The notes: generated by a model from the sequence alone, not told the origin. A DNA stretch of 64,000 nucleotides from Anaeromyxobacter sp. (GCA_049840735.1 JASGJN010000002.1:32001-96000), one strand, 5' to 3'; shown: positions 41,028 through 53,091, numbered from the stretch's first letter. Numbers and translations: made by a program.

Positions 41028-41430
41028 TCACGCGCCGAGCTGCAGCCCGGCCACGCGGCCCAGCGCCGCCAGCCCCTCCGGCGTCCCGGGCCAGTGGCGC
41101 CGGACGGCCTCGGGCCCGGCGCGGCGCACCACCGAGCGCAGCACCAGCACCGCCACGAATCAGGTCGTCGGCCTGGCCGAGCACGGGGATGAAGTCGGGG
41201 ACGAGGTCGAACGGGAGCGCCAGGTAGCCGAGCAGGAGCCAGGGCCGGACGCGCACGCCGCGCGGCAGCTCGCGATCCAGCGCCAGCCGCCTGAGCAGCC
41301 CCAGGGTGTCCGGCAGGAGCCGGAGCGCCTCGCCCAGCAGCGCGCCGCGCGGCCGCGCCGCCAGCAGGGTCAGCGCGAGGAGCGTCCAGGTGGCGAGCAG
41401 CGCGGCGGCGACGATGAGGATCAGTGACAT
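41028..41430 (-). CDS. YkvA/DUF1232-family membrane protein, one frameshift at about 41158
   Basis: [21 protein letters not shown]. The GATC fix gives [26 protein letters not shown]. Confidence 0.85.
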
Positions 41431-41458
41431 GCCCGCCCCGGCCGCCGGCCCCCGGCCC

Positions 41459-41921
41459 TCACCCCTGCATGGCCTTCATGCGCCGCTCCAGCTCCTCCGG
41501 CGGTACGTCCTCCACGTGCGTCGCGACGGTCCAGACGTGCCCGGAGGGGATCCTCCAGCGTGCCCGAGCGGTCGCCGTAGAACTGGTCCTTCACCTCGCG
41601 GAGCAGCCTGGCCCCGGCGGCGACGGCGGCGCGGACGGTCGCGTCCACGTCGGGCACGTAGAGCAACAGGCTGACCGGCGAGCCGCCGAAGGCGCGCGGG
41701 CCGCGGAACTCGGCGCTGGCGTCGGCCAGCATGAGCACGGCGCCCCAGATCCTGAGCTCGGCGTGGCCGATCCTGCCGCCCGGCGCAGGGATGGGCGGGT
41801 AGAGCAGCTCCGCCCCGAAGACCTTCCGGTAGAACGCGATGGCCGCCTCGGCCCCCTCGCAGACCAGGTAAGGGGTGAGCGCCTGGTAGCCGTCGGGGAT
41901 CGCCTTCACTGCCTGGGCCAT
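41459..41921 (-). CDS. VOC/glyoxalase (PhnB-like) protein, one frameshift at about 41547
   Basis: [30 protein letters not shown]. After correction [16 protein letters not shown]. Confidence 0.85.
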
Positions 41922-42036
41922 GTGCCGCCTCCGCCGCTGCGTGGAGCGCAGGACCTAGCGCCGACGGGCCGGCCCCGCCCGTCGCGGGAGGGGCCCCGGC
42001 GCCTCGGCAGTCGCCCCGCGTGCGCCGCCGCCCGGC

Positions 42037-43848
42037 TCACCCCGCCGCGGCGGGCCGCCCGGCGCGCGCCCGCGCCAGCACCTGGGTGATCAGGTGCTCG
42101 AGCTGCGGCAGCGCGAAGGGCTTCGTCAGGTGGTAGTCCATCCCGGCCGACCGCGACCGCTCGCGGTCCTCGTCCTGCCCGTAGCCGGTGAGCGCCATCA
42201 GCACCGGCGGCCGGTCCACCGGCAGCGCCCGCAGGCGCCGCGCCAGCTCGTACCCGTCCATCCCCGGCAGGCCGATGTCGATCAGCACCAGGTCGGGCCG
42301 CCAGCGCTCGGCCTCCGCCAGCGCCGCGACCCCCTCGTGCGCCACGCGCACGTCGTGGCCGAGGCTGCCCAGCGCCTCCGACAGCGTCTCGGCCACGTCC
42401 TCGTTGTCCTCGACCAGCAGGATGTGAATCCGGGGGGGGCTCGCGCGCGACCGGAGGCGTCTCCGCCGCCCCAGGCTCGGCGGGCCGCGGCGCCTCCGCG
42501 GCGGCCAGGTGCGCCGGCAGCCGGACCGTGAACTCGCTCCCCCTCCCCGGCCCCTCCGACGCCGCGGCCACGGTCCCGCCGTGCACGCGCACCAGCTCGC
42601 GCACCAGCGCCAGCCCCAGCCCCAGCCCACCCTGGGACCGCGCCAGCGAGCGGTCGGCCTGCACGAAGGGATCGAACAGGTGCGGCAGCAGGTCGGCGGT
42701 CACGCCGGCGCCGTCGTCGCGCACGCGCAGCACGGCCTCGCCCGCCTGGTACGCCAGCGAGAGCTCGATGTGGCCGCCGTCGGGGCAGTACTTGACCGCG
42801 TTGTTGAGCAGGTTCGTGACCACCTGCTCGAGCCGGGTCGCGTCCCCTCCACCACCACCGCCGGCTCCGGCAGCGTGACGGTGAGCTGGTGACCGTGGCG
42901 CTCCGCCAGCCCGCGCTGCGCCTCCACCGCGCCGGCCACCGCGTCCTGGAGCCGCACCGGCTCGCGGTGGACCTGCACCATCCCGCGGGAGAACCGCGCC
43001 ACGTCCAGCAGGTCGTCCAGGAGGCGCGCGCAGTTCGCGACCTGCCGCTCCAGGATGCCCAGCGGCCCGCCCACCTCCTGCCCTCGCGCCAGGCGGCCCC
43101 GCGCCACCGCCACCGCGCTGCTGATGGCGGCGAGCGGGTTCCGGAGCTCGTGCGCCAGCATGGCCATGAACTGGTCCTTGTGGCGCGCCTCGTTGGCCAG
43201 GGCCTGGCGGTCGATGTCCAGCTCGGTCATGAGGCGCTGGCGCTCCCGGTCCGCGAGCGTGCGCTCGATGGCGACGCCGGCCAGGTGGGTGGCCAGCGCG
43301 ATGAGGTGGCGATGGAGCGGCTCCGGCCCCTTCGGCGCGCGGTAGTAGATGGCGAAGGTCCCGAGCACCTCGGAGCGCCGGGAGAGGATGGGGGTGGACC
43401 AGCAGGCGTGCAGGCCCGCCGCCAGCGCGGCGGCCCGGTACCCGGCCCAGAGCGGATCCGCGCCGATGTCGGTGACGATCACCTGCTGCCGCAGGAACGC
43501 TGCGGTCCCGCAGGAGCCGGCGCGCGGGCCGATGGGCTGGTTCTCGATGGCCTCGCGGTACGCGGCCGGGAGGCTGGGGGCCGCGCCGTGGCGGACCCGG
43601 CGGCCGTCCTCCGAGAGCAGCAGGACGGTGCAGAGCATGCCCTCGGCCTGCCCCTCCAGCACGCGCACCAGCTCGTCGAGCGTCTCGCCCAGCGGCGCGC
43701 CCTGGGCGATCATCTCCAGCACCCGGCACTGGCCGACGACGAAGGCCCGGAGGCGCTCGGGGGCCTGCAGCGCAAACAGCGCGTCGAGCGGTCCCTCGTC
43801 CGCCTGGACGGCGGCCTGGGACACTCCGAGCTGGGGCCCCGCCGGCAT
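42037..43848 (-). CDS. Hybrid sensor kinase GAF-HisKA-HATPase-REC with two frameshifts (about 42845 and 42428)
   Basis: GSCGTAA, ACWSTPI, LAHELRNPL, NLLNNAVKY, FDPFVQ, GLGLGL, ILLVEDN, DIGLPGMDGY. Confidence 0.9.
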
Positions 43849-43934
43849 GCCGTGCTGCCTAATGCCCCCCGACGCCGCCGTCACGCCGCAGCGGCACGGA
43901 CCGGGCCGCGCGCCCCACCCGGTCCGTGCGCCGA

Positions 43935-44694
43935 CTATCCCCCGGCCGCCGCCAGGGCGTTGCCGCGTGAGCTCCCCAGCACGCCCGCCAGGCCTACCGT
44001 CGCGCCCACGCAGAGGATGGCCGGGGCGCTGCTCCGCTCGGGGACCTGCGCGACCGCCAGCCGGTCCAGGGTGCCCACCCAGCGCCACTCCTCGCGGGTC
44101 GAGATCCCGCCCAGGATGGCCGCAGGCGTGTCCGGTCGCCACCCGCGCGCCAGCGCCAGCTCGGCGATGCGCGCGCGATGCCCCAGCCCCATCAGCACCA
44201 CCAGGGTGAGCGCGCCCGGGGTGAGCGCCGACAGCACCGGCCCGAAGACGGCCTCGTCGTGGCCGGAGACCACCGTGAACGCGGAGGCCTGCCCGCGATG
44301 GGTGACCGGGATGCCGGCCAGCGCAGGGGCCGCCAGGGCGGAGCTGACCCCGGGCACCACCTCGAACGGGACGCCCGCTGCGGCCAGCGCCAGCGCCTCC
44401 TCGCCGCCCCGCCCGAAGACGAACGGGTCGCCGCACTTGAGGCGAACCACCCGCCGGCCGCGCCGGCCGGTCCGCACCAGCAGCCGGTTCAGGTCGGGCT
44501 GTGAGAGGCTGTGGTTGCCGCAGCGCTTGCCGACGTAGAAGCGCTGCGCGCGCGGGGCGTGCTGCAGCACCGCCGGCTCGACCAGCGCGTCGTACAGGAC
44601 CAGCTCCGCCTCCTCCAGGCGGCGGACCGCCCGCAGCGTGAGGAGCTCCGGAATCCCCGGGACCTGCGCCCACCAGCGAGACCAGGCCTGGCAT
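43935..44694 (-). CDS. cobA: Uroporphyrinogen-III C-methyltransferase (siroheme synthesis), one frameshift at about 44652
   Basis: The GATC fix gives LVGAGPGDPELLTLRA; VVRLKCGDPFVFGRGGEE, VPGVSS, GIPVTHR. Confidence 0.9.
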
Positions 44695-44702
44695 GGCGTA
44701 CC

Positions 44703-45893
44703 TCACGTGGGCTCGGCCACGCCGCTGCGCCAGCGGGCGCCCCCGGCCACCAGCGGCAGGGCCACGGCGGCCCCCAGCGCCACCGCGGAGAGCAGCGCGA
44801 ACCCGGGGCCGAAGGAGCCGGCCCGCGCCTTGATGGTGCCGAGCAGCATGGGCAACGCGAAGCCGCCCAGCCCGCCGATGGCGCCCACGATCCCGGTGAC
44901 CCGGCCGATCTCGCGCGGGAAGCGCTGCGGCACCACCTGGAAGACGGCGCCGTTGGACATGCCCAGGCAGATCATGCCCGCCACCAGCACCGCGGCCCCG
45001 GGCCCCAGCGGCAGGAGCAGCGAGGTCAGGCCGTAGGCCGCCGCCACGCCCACCAGCAGGAAGGAGAGGAGCCGGACCCCGCCCACCCGGTCCGCCAGCC
45101 ACCCGCCGAACGGCCGCGCCGCGCTGCCGGCGAAGGCGGCCATCGCCGTGAGGTAGCCGGCCTGCACCGGGGCGACGCCGTGCTGGTCGCGGAAGAAGAT
45201 GGGCAGGAAGCTGGAGAGGCCGACGTACCCGCCGAACGTGACCGAGTAGAAGAGGCAGAACCACCACAGGTCGCGGGTGCCCATCAGCTCGCGGGTGGAG
45301 CGGCCCGTGGCCACCGCAGGGCGCGGGCTCTCCCTGGCCAGCAGCGTGAACGCCACCAGCACGCAGGCCAGCGGGATCATGGCCAGGCCGAAGACCGCGT
45401 GCCAGCCCAGCGAGGCGGCGATGCGGGGCGCGATCAGGTTGGTGAGCACGGTGCCGCTGTTGCCGGCCGCGGCGATGCCCATGGCCAGCCCCTGCTTCTC
45501 CGGCGGATACCAGCGGCTGGCCAGCGGCAGCGCCACCGCGAAGGAGGCGCCGGCCACGCCCAGCATGGCGCCCATGGCCAGCACCGACGGGAGCGAGCCT
45601 GCGAAGTGCCAGCCCAGGGCGAGCGGGAGGAACAGGAAGGCCAGGAGTCCGATCCCCACCCGCCGCCCGCCGAAGCGGTCGCTCAGGATGCCGAAGGGGA
45701 TCCTGAACAGCGAGCCGGAGAGGACGGGCACGGCCACCACCAGCGCCTTCTCCACCGGGCCCAGCTGCAGGCTGCCGGAGATGAACACGCCCAGCGCGCC
45801 CACCAGCACCCAGAGCATGAAGGAGAGGTCGAAGTGGAGGAAGCTGGCGATGAGCGTGGGGAGGTGGCCGGGACGGGCCGGGGCGGCGGTCAT
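44703..45893 (-). CDS. narK: MFS nitrate/nitrite transporter (NarK/NasA family)
   Basis: SFLHFDLSF, GVAGASFA, AAGNSG, YSVTFGG, NGAVFQVVPQRF, GGLGGF. Confidence 0.9.
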   Translation of the reverse strand: MTAAPARPGHLPTLIASFLHFDLSFMLWVLVGALGVFISGSLQLGPVEKALVVAVPVLSGSLFRIPFGILSDRFGGRRVGIGLLAFLFLPLALGWHFAGSLPSVLAMGAMLGVAGASFAVALPLASRWYPPEKQGLAMGIAAAGNSGTVLTNLIAPRIAASLGWHAVFGLAMIPLACVLVAFTLLARESPRPAVATGRSTRELMGTRDLWWFCLFYSVTFGGYVGLSSFLPIFFRDQHGVAPVQAGYLTAMAAFAGSAARPFGGWLADRVGGVRLLSFLLVGVAAAYGLTSLLLPLGPGAAVLVAGMICLGMSNGAVFQVVPQRFPREIGRVTGIVGAIGGLGGFALPMLLGTIKARAGSFGPGFALLSAVALGAAVALPLVAGGARWRSGVAEPT

Positions 45894-46716
45894 GCGTGGC
45901 TCCTTTCTGCTGAGAGGTGCTGCGCGAGCGCCGCGACGAGCGGGCCATCTTCGGTCGGGCGGGTTCGACCCGCGGCGGGATGCCCAGCGCCACCAGGGCC
46001 CGGGTGCAGGTCGGCCCCACCGAGGCGACCACCACCCGCGCGCGGAGCGCGGCGCGCAGCGCCTCGGCCTGGCCCATCCGCGCCGCCACCTCGAACAGGT
46101 GGCGCGCCTGGATCTGCGAGGTGAACAGGACGGCCTCGACGCGGGCCGTGGCCAGCGCCTCCACCAGCGTGCGGAGCGGCCCCAGGTCGTCCGGGAGCCG
46201 CCAGGCGTAGGGCAAGAGCTCCAGCAGCAGTGCGCCGCGGGCGGCCAGCGCGTCGGAGAGGCCCAGGCTCCGCTCCCCGTGGTGCACCAGCGCCGTGCGC
46301 CGGCCCCGCAGCTCGACCGGGGCCAGGGCGGCCAGCAGCTCGGCCTCGGTGTAGGGCTCCTCGGCCTTGAGGGAGGCCCGCAGCCCCTCGCGCGCCAGCG
46401 CCGCGACCGGCTTGGGCCCGCGGCAGGCCAGCGTGGACCGGCCCAGGAGCGCGCGCAGCTCGGCCTCGCGCCCGGCCTCGCGGGCGGCGGTGAAGAGCGC
46501 GGCCACGCCCACGCCGGTGGTGAGGACCACCAGCGGCTCCGGCTCGTCGGTGAACCCGCCCAGCAGGGCGCCGAGGGCCCGCGCGACGTCGCCGGCCTCC
46601 TCCACCACCGCCGGCGCGCAGATCGCGTGGCCCCCGTGGCGGCGGACCAGCTCCGCCAGCTCGCCCCCGAGCCGGGCCTCCAGCACCGCGATCGAGGCCC
46701 CGTCGAGCGAGCTCAC
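45890..46716 (-). CDS. hemD: Uroporphyrinogen-III synthase (HemD-like), one frameshift at about 45945
   Basis: IAVLEAR, LTTGVG, RGPKP, PYAW, FTSQIQ, SVGPTC. Adding one G gives PKMGPLV...HA and a stop overlapping the next ATG. Confidence 0.8.
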
Positions 46717-47035
46717 GCCGCCGCCCGTCCGCCCAGGAGGAGCTCGCCCGCCTCGCTCACCTCCACCAGGTAGATCTCCAGCGGCGCGCAGGCGTTCCCC
46801 AGCGGCTTGCCGGAGGCGATCTCCCACTTCATGGCGTGGAGCGGGCAGACCAGCACCCCGCCGCCCAGCAGGCCGTCGGCGAGGGGGCCCTGCTTGTGCG
46901 GGCAGTCGGCCTGCGTCGCGTACACCTCCCCGGCCCGCGTGCGGAAGACGGCGATGCGCTTCCCGTCCAGCTCGAAGACCCGTCCCTCGCCGGCGGGATC
47001 TCCGCCACCGGCCCCAGGCTGATGCGCTCCATCAC
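46713..47035 (-). CDS. nirD: Nitrite reductase small subunit (Rieske-like), one frameshift at about 46995
   Basis: IP.GEGRVF, IAVFRT, CPHKQGPLADG, CPLH. Confidence 0.85.
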
Positions 47036-49528
47036 GCGCCCTCCACGGCGTCGGCCACCAGGGCCCGCCCGTCGATCAACGCCTCGGGATCCCGCGGCAG
47101 CACCGGCAGCCGCGAGCGGAACTGGCTGGGGTGGACGGGATTGATGGCCTCCAGCCAGGGGTCCACCTGCGCCTGCACCGCGGCCTCGACCTCGGCGTCG
47201 AGGCGCGCCGCCTGCCCGTCCTCGTCCCGGACCACCACCGCCCGTATGCGCTCGATCCCCACCCGCTCCACGAAGTCGTAGGTGCGCTCCAGGTAGCGGG
47301 CCTGCTCGCGGTAGTGCTGCATGAACCGCCCCATCAGCTTGAGCACCTCCTCGTGGCTGTCCACGGTGCAGAGCAGGTCGCCCTTGCGCACCCGCGACCC
47401 GGCCCCGCCGCCCACGTAGAGCTCCCAGCGGCCGCCCTCGATGGCCACCGCGCCCAGGTCCTTGGTGGTGGCCTCGGAGCAGTTCCGGGGGCAGCCGGCC
47501 GTGGCGAGCTTCATCTTGTGCGGCGACTCCAGCCCCTGGTAGCGGCGCTCGATGGCGATGCCCAGGCCGGTGGAGTCACCGACCCCGTACCGGCAGAAGT
47601 CGGTGCCGACGCAGGTCTTGCAGGTGCGGAAGGACTTGGCGTAGGCGTGCCCGGACGGCTCGCCCAGCTCGCGCCAGACCTGCGGCAGCTTCTCGCGCGG
47701 CAGGCCCAGCAGGTCGATGCGCTGACCGCCGGTGATCTTCACCATCCGGGCGCCGTGGCGCTCGGCCACGTCGGCGATGCGCCGGAGCTGCGCCGGCGAG
47801 GTGACGCCGCCGAAGATGCGCGGCACCACGCTGAAGGTGCCGTCCTTCTGGATGTTGGCGTGCACCCGGTCGTTCACGAAGCGCGCGTCGCGCTCGTCCT
47901 CGTAGGCCGCGCCCCAGATCGTCCGCAGGAGCGACGCCAGGCCGGGCTTGCTGGGCGCGTGCTCCTGGCCGGCGGCCAGGGTCCGGAACACCGCCGACAC
48001 GCTCTTGAGCCCCAGCTCCCTGATGGCCCGGACCAGGTCCGGCTTGGCCAGCGGGACGCCCGGCACGTAGTAGTGGATGGCCGGATCCTCCTGCGCCGCG
48101 CCCCCGGCGCCCGCCGCCTCGAGCAGCAGCTTCACGTCGCGCTTGCAGGAGCCGCAGCCGGTGCCGGCCCGGGTGGCCTCGCAGACCGCCGCCAGGGTGC
48201 GCTTGCCGCCCCGGACCGCGGCCACGATCTGCCCCTTGGAGACGCCGTTGCAGTTGCAGACCTGCACGTCGTCCGGTGCCTCCACCACGCCGGCCGGGGC
48301 GGCCGCCTCTCCGGGGAAGAGGAGCCGGGCCGGATCCGGCGGCAGCTCCGCGCCGCGGTCGAAGGCGCGGAACAGGTCCGGCGCCGCGCCGGCGTCCCCC
48401 AGCAGGATGGCCCCCTGCAGCCGCCCCTCGCGCAGGATCAGCTTCTTGTAGATGCCGCGGGAGGCGTCCACGTACAGCACCTCCTCGTCCTGCTCGGCCG
48501 GCGCCTGCAGCCCCATCACCGCCAGGTCCACCCCCATCACCTTGAGCTTGGTGGAGACCTTCGAGCCGGCGTAGGTGGCGCGCGGCAGGCGGAGGGAGAG
48601 CCGGTCCGCCAGCACCTGCGCCTGCTCCCAGAGCGGCGCCACCAGGCCGTAGGTCCGGCCGCGGTGCTGCGCGCACTCCCCCAGCGCGTAGACGTGCGGG
48701 TCGTCGGTGAGCAGGTCGTCGCCCACCACGATGCCGCGCTCGACCAGCAGCCCGGCCTCGCGCGCCAGGGCCACGTTGGGCCGGATGCCGGCGGCGACCA
48801 CCACCAGCTCGGCCGGGAGCGTCGAGCCGTCCTCGAAGCGCAGCCCCGTCACCGCGCCGTCGCCGCCCAGGATCTCCTCTGGTGGAGCGGCCCAGGTGCA
48901 CCTTCAGCCCCATCCGCTCCAGCGAGCGCTGCAGGATCCGGGCGCCCGGCTGATCGAGCTGCAGCTCCATGAGGTGGGTGGCCAGGTGGACCACGTGCAC
49001 CTCCAGCCCCTGCTCCAGGAGGCCCCGCGCCGCCTCCAGCCCCAGCAGGCCGCCGCCGATCACCGCCGCCACCTTCGCCGTCCTGGCCCGGGCGGTGATG
49101 GCCCGGCAGTCGTCGAGGGTCCGGAACACGAACACGCCCTCGCGCAGCGCGCCGGCGGCGTCGCGCGCCCCGGCCATGGGCGGCACGAAGGGGCTGGACC
49201 CGGTGGCCATGACCAGCAGGTCATAGCGCTCGGTCACCCCCGGCCCGGAGACGGTGCCGGCCGGCGAGGTCGATGCGCTCCGCCCGGACGCCCGCGTGCA
49301 GCCGCACGCCGTTGGTGCGGTACCAGTCGAGCGGGTTCAGCACGATGTCCTGGGGCGCGTTCTTCCCGGCCAGGACGCCGGAGAGGAGGATGCGGTTGTA
49401 GTTGCCGTGCGGCTCGTCGCCGAACACGACCACCTCGAACCGCTCCCGCCGCCGCGCGCCAGCAGGTCCTCCACGAAGCGCGCTCCCGCCATCCCGTTGC
49501 CCACCACCACCAGGCGCTGCTTGCTCAT
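47032..49528 (-). CDS. nirB: NAD(P)H-dependent assimilatory nitrite reductase large subunit, three frameshifts (about 49445, 49255, 48878)
   Basis: LVVVGNGMAG, NYNRILLS, IGGGLLGLEAA, VCNCNGVSKG, ANIQKDGTFSVVPR, CVGTDFC, GCPRNC. Confidence 0.9.
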
Positions 49529-51666
49529 GACTCCTCCTCGCGCCCGGCGCGGACGATCCGCGCTGCGCAGACCTTGAACTCCGGCATCCGGCTCACCGGA
49601 TTGAGCGCCGGGTGCGTGAGCCGGTTCACCGCGCCCTCACCGCCCCAGTGGAACGGCGCGAAGATCGTGTCGTCGCGGATGGCGCTGGTGACCTCGACCA
49701 CGAACTCGGCGCGCCCCCGGCGCGTCTCCACGGTGGCGCGCGCGCCCGGCGCGAGGCCGTGGCGCGCGGCGGTGGCCGGGGAGAGCTGCAGCATGGGCCT
49801 GGCCGCGAGCTTCACCAGGGCCGGCACGCGGCGGGTCTGGGTGCCCGACTGGTAGTGCGCCAGCACGCGGCCGGTGGTGAGCAGCAGCGGGTAGGCCGCG
49901 TCCGGCTCCTCGGCCACCGGCCGGTGGCGCACGGGGTGGAACCGGGCCCGCCCGCTGGGCGTGGGGAAGCGCTCGGCGAAGAGGCGCGGCGACCCGGGGT
50001 GGGCCGGCGACGGGCAGGGCCAGTGCAGGCCGTCGGCCGCGTCGAGCCGCTCGTAGGTCATGCCGGCGTAGTCGGCTGGACCGCCCGCCGAGGCCCGCCC
50101 CAGCTCCCGGAAGAGGGCCTCCGGGCGCCGCTCGGAGAACCACTGGCCGGCCCCCAGCGCCTGGGCCAGGTCGCAGAGGATGTCGACGTCGCTGCGCACG
50201 CCGGCCGGCGGCTGGAAGGCGCGCCGGCGGTGGATCACCCGGCCCTCGAGGTTGGTCATGGTCCCCTCCTCCTCGGCCCACTGCGCCGACGGGAGGACCA
50301 CGTGCGCCAGCTCCGCCGTCTCGGAGAGGAAGAAGTCCGAGACCACCAGCAGGTCCAGCGCGCGCAGGCGCTGCTCGATGCCGCCGGCGTGCGGGGACGA
50401 GACCACCGGGTTGGAGCCGAACACCAGCAGCCCCCGGGCGCCGGCGGGCGTGCCCAGCGAGGCGAGCAGCTCGTAGGCCGAGCGGCCGGGGCCAGGCAGC
50501 GCCTCCGGCGCCACGCCCCAGACGGCGGCCACGTGCGCGCGCGCGGCCGGGTCGTCGATGCGGCGGTAGCCGGGGAGCTGGTCGGCCTTCTGCCCGTGCT
50601 CCCGGCCCCCCTGTCCGTTCCCCTGGCCCGTCAGGCACCCGTAGCCCGCGCCGCGCTTGCCCACCATCCCCAGCGCCAGCGCCAGGTTGATGAAGGCCAG
50701 CACGTTGTTGACGCCCTGGGCCTGCTGCTCGGGCCCGCGGCCGGTCAGGACCATCACGCGCCGCGCCTTGCCCAGGCGCCGCGCGGCGTCGAGCAGCGCG
50801 GCCTCGGGCACGCCGGTGAGCCGCTCCACCCGCTCCGGCCAGTAGGCGGCCGCCTCGGCGCGGACGGCCTCGAACCCCTCGGTCCGCGCCGCCACGTAGG
50901 CCGCGTCATAGGTCCCCTCGCGCACCAGCAGGTGCAGGAGGCCGTTGGCCAGGGCGGCGTCGGTCCCGGGGGCCAGGCGCAGGTGCAGGTCGGCCCGGAG
51001 CGCGGTGGCGGTGCGGCGCGGGTCGACCACGATGAGCTGGCCGCCGGCGGCCCGCTGGCGGTCGAGGTGCCGGGCGATGGGCGGCAGCGTCTCCAGCACG
51101 TTGCCGCCCACCAGCAGGATGAGGTCGGCCTCGGTCAGGTCCTCCAGCGGGAACGGGAGGCCCCGGTCCAGGCCGAAGGCGCGCACGCCCGCGGCGGCCG
51201 CCGACGACATGCAGAAGCGGCCGTTGTAGTCGATGGCCGAGGTGCGGAGCGCCACGCGGGCGAACTTGCCCAGCAGGTAGGCCTTCTCGTTGGTGAGGGC
51301 GCCGCTGCCGAAGACCGCCACCGCGTCCCGGCCGTGCGCTGCCTGCAGGGCCCGGGTCCGCTCCGCGACGTAGGCCAGGGCCTCGTCCCAGGTGGCCGGC
51401 ACCAGCACGCCGCGCGCGTCGCGGACCAGCGGCCGGTCCAGCCGCTCCGGGTGGCGGAGCAGCTCGGCGGCCCGGAAGCCCTTCACGCAGAGCTGGCCGG
51501 CGTTGGTGGGGAAGTCCGGATCGCCGCGGAGGTCCGGCGCCGCCGCTTCGCCCTCGAGCGAGATGCCGCACTGGAAGGCGCAGTAAGGACAGTGCGTCCG
51601 CGTCGCGGTCTGCGGTGCGGGCCCCAGGAGAGGCGGCTTCCCTGCGATCTCGGCGGCGCTGGCCAT
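49525..51666 (-). CDS. nasA: Assimilatory nitrate reductase catalytic subunit (Mo-bisPGD, N-terminal 4Fe-4S)
   Basis: HCPYCAFQCG...LCVKG, NEKAYLLGKFAR, NGRFCMSSA, TGQGNGQGGRE, LTTGR, PEFK. Confidence 0.92.
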   Translation of the reverse strand: MASAAEIAGKPPLLGPAPQTATRTHCPYCAFQCGISLEGEAAAPDLRGDPDFPTNAGQLCVKGFRAAELLRHPERLDRPLVRDARGVLVPATWDEALAYVAERTRALQAAHGRDAVAVFGSGALTNEKAYLLGKFARVALRTSAIDYNGRFCMSSAAAAGVRAFGLDRGLPFPLEDLTEADLILLVGGNVLETLPPIARHLDRQRAAGGQLIVVDPRRTATALRADLHLRLAPGTDAALANGLLHLLVREGTYDAAYVAARTEGFEAVRAEAAAYWPERVERLTGVPEAALLDAARRLGKARRVMVLTGRGPEQQAQGVNNVLAFINLALALGMVGKRGAGYGCLTGQGNGQGGREHGQKADQLPGYRRIDDPAARAHVAAVWGVAPEALPGPGRSAYELLASLGTPAGARGLLVFGSNPVVSSPHAGGIEQRLRALDLLVVSDFFLSETAELAHVVLPSAQWAEEEGTMTNLEGRVIHRRRAFQPPAGVRSDVDILCDLAQALGAGQWFSERRPEALFRELGRASAGGPADYAGMTYERLDAADGLHWPCPSPAHPGSPRLFAERFPTPSGRARFHPVRHRPVAEEPDAAYPLLLTTGRVLAHYQSGTQTRRVPALVKLAARPMLQLSPATAARHGLAPGARATVETRRGRAEFVVEVTSAIRDDTIFAPFHWGGEGAVNRLTHPALNPVSRMPEFKVCAARIVRAGREEES

Positions 51667-51683
51667 GCTTGATCGGGATTAAG

Positions 51684-51700
51684 AGCAACTCCGGGGCCAA
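51684..51700 (-). promoter_or_regulatory. sigma54 (-24/-12) promoter of the nitrate assimilation operon
   Basis: Minus strand TTGGCCCCGGAGTTGCT with correct GG-N10-GC spacing. An NtrC-like GCAC-N7-GCGC site lies near 51797-51811. Confidence 0.75.
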
Positions 51701-51898
51701 CGCTCGCTGGGAGTGAATCCGGGCGGTTCGGGGATCGGCCTCGACGCGCTGCATGCAGGGCCAGCATCGGCCTGCTGCGGGGCCGGGCACGGGTGAGCAC
51801 CGCATGGGCGCGCGCCCGTGCCGCACACGCGCGGCCCGCCGCTCGCCCGCACCTCGAGCGTCAGCGGCGTCCCGCCAGGCCGGTGTAGAAGGGACGCC

Positions 51899-52194
51899 AT
51901 GAACGTCCGGCTGATCCTGATCGCGCCGCTGCTCGCCGCCGGCTGCGCCGGCGCTCCGCGCGAGCTGGGCTCGGAGGCCTTCCGCCCGCCGACCGCTCCG
52001 CGTTCGAGGCCTGCCGTCCGCACCTCCGCCGCTGCGCCGGCAAGGCGGAGCCGGGGCGCAGCGCCTGCCTCGACGACCTCTCGCTGCAGTACGTGGAGCT
52101 GGCGGCCTGGGAGCGCCGGTCCTTCCTGGTGGCGGGCGGCTGCCCTGCCGGCGTGGCCGGGAGCCGTCGCGCGGCGGCGCCGGCGCGGCGCTAG
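51899..52194 (+). CDS. Small Cys-containing lipoprotein, probable frameshift near 51985
   Basis: MNVRLILIAPLLAAGC lipobox. The alternative frame continues ADRSAFEACRPHLRRC...ACLDDL...GCP to a TAG at 52194. Confidence 0.55.
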
Positions 52195-52331
52195 ACGGGC
52201 AGGCGCGATCCGGGATCACCTTCGCCGTCCCGAACCGCGATGACCGCTGAGCAGCTCACGCCCGGCGCGGGCCGCCACAGCCTCCGGCCCGCTCGCCGGA
52301 TGGGCGAGCGGGCCGGCCCTGCGGACGTCGC

Positions 52332-53091
52332 CTAGAAGGAGACGAAGTAGTTGCTGCCGAAGGCGTTGTCCCAGAAGGACTGGCCGTTCACCTGGTACTC
52401 CACCGCCAGCTGCACCTCGGTGGTGGAGACCGGCACGGCGTACTTGAAGGACCAGCGCTCCACGCCGGGGTACTCGGTGCTGGTGTAGGTCGCGTAGGCG
52501 CTCTGCACCGTCTGCCAGCCGTCGACCGTGTAGGCGATGCGCACGACCTTCTGGTAGGCGAGGTTCTTCACCCAGACGTCGCCGGAGACCGTCTTGGAGG
52601 TGTAGACGCCGGACGAGCTCATGACGCTCGCCGGGGCGGCCCAGGAGAGCAGCACCTGGCTCTGCGCCAGCACGAACATCGGCACGCCGGGGTCGTAGCC
52701 GGTCCCGAGCTTGTAGTAGGCGCCGCCGTTGGTGTCGGTGTAGGTCTGGCCGGCCACCTCGTAGCGCAGGCCGATCTCGTAGAATCACCGCCTGCTTGTA
52801 GCCGGGCTGCACGGTGGCGGTCTGGAAGCTCCAGGCCTCGAGGCCGTCGTGGGTGGGCGCGGTGTAGCTGGCCGCGGCCTCGGTCCAGGCGCCGCCGTTC
52901 ACGCGGTACACGGCGGTGACCTTCTTCGCGTAGGCCAGGTTCTGCACCTCGACGGCGCCGGTGACGCGGTAGCCGTTCCAGGTGTTCTCGCTGCGGGCGA
53001 AGAGCAGCTTGACCGGATCGGCCGCGGAGGCGGTGGAGGCGGTGGCGAGGGACAGCAGGGCGGCGAGCGACAGGGAGAGAGACTTCGACAC
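52332..53091 (-). CDS. Secreted protein with tandem CBM21-like starch-binding domains and no catalytic domain; one frameshift at about 52783
   Basis: GTG at 53091 after AGGAG, signal peptide. Motifs GAVEVQNLAYAKKV, GDVWVKNLAYQKVVRIAYT, WDNAFGSNY. Confidence 0.8.
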
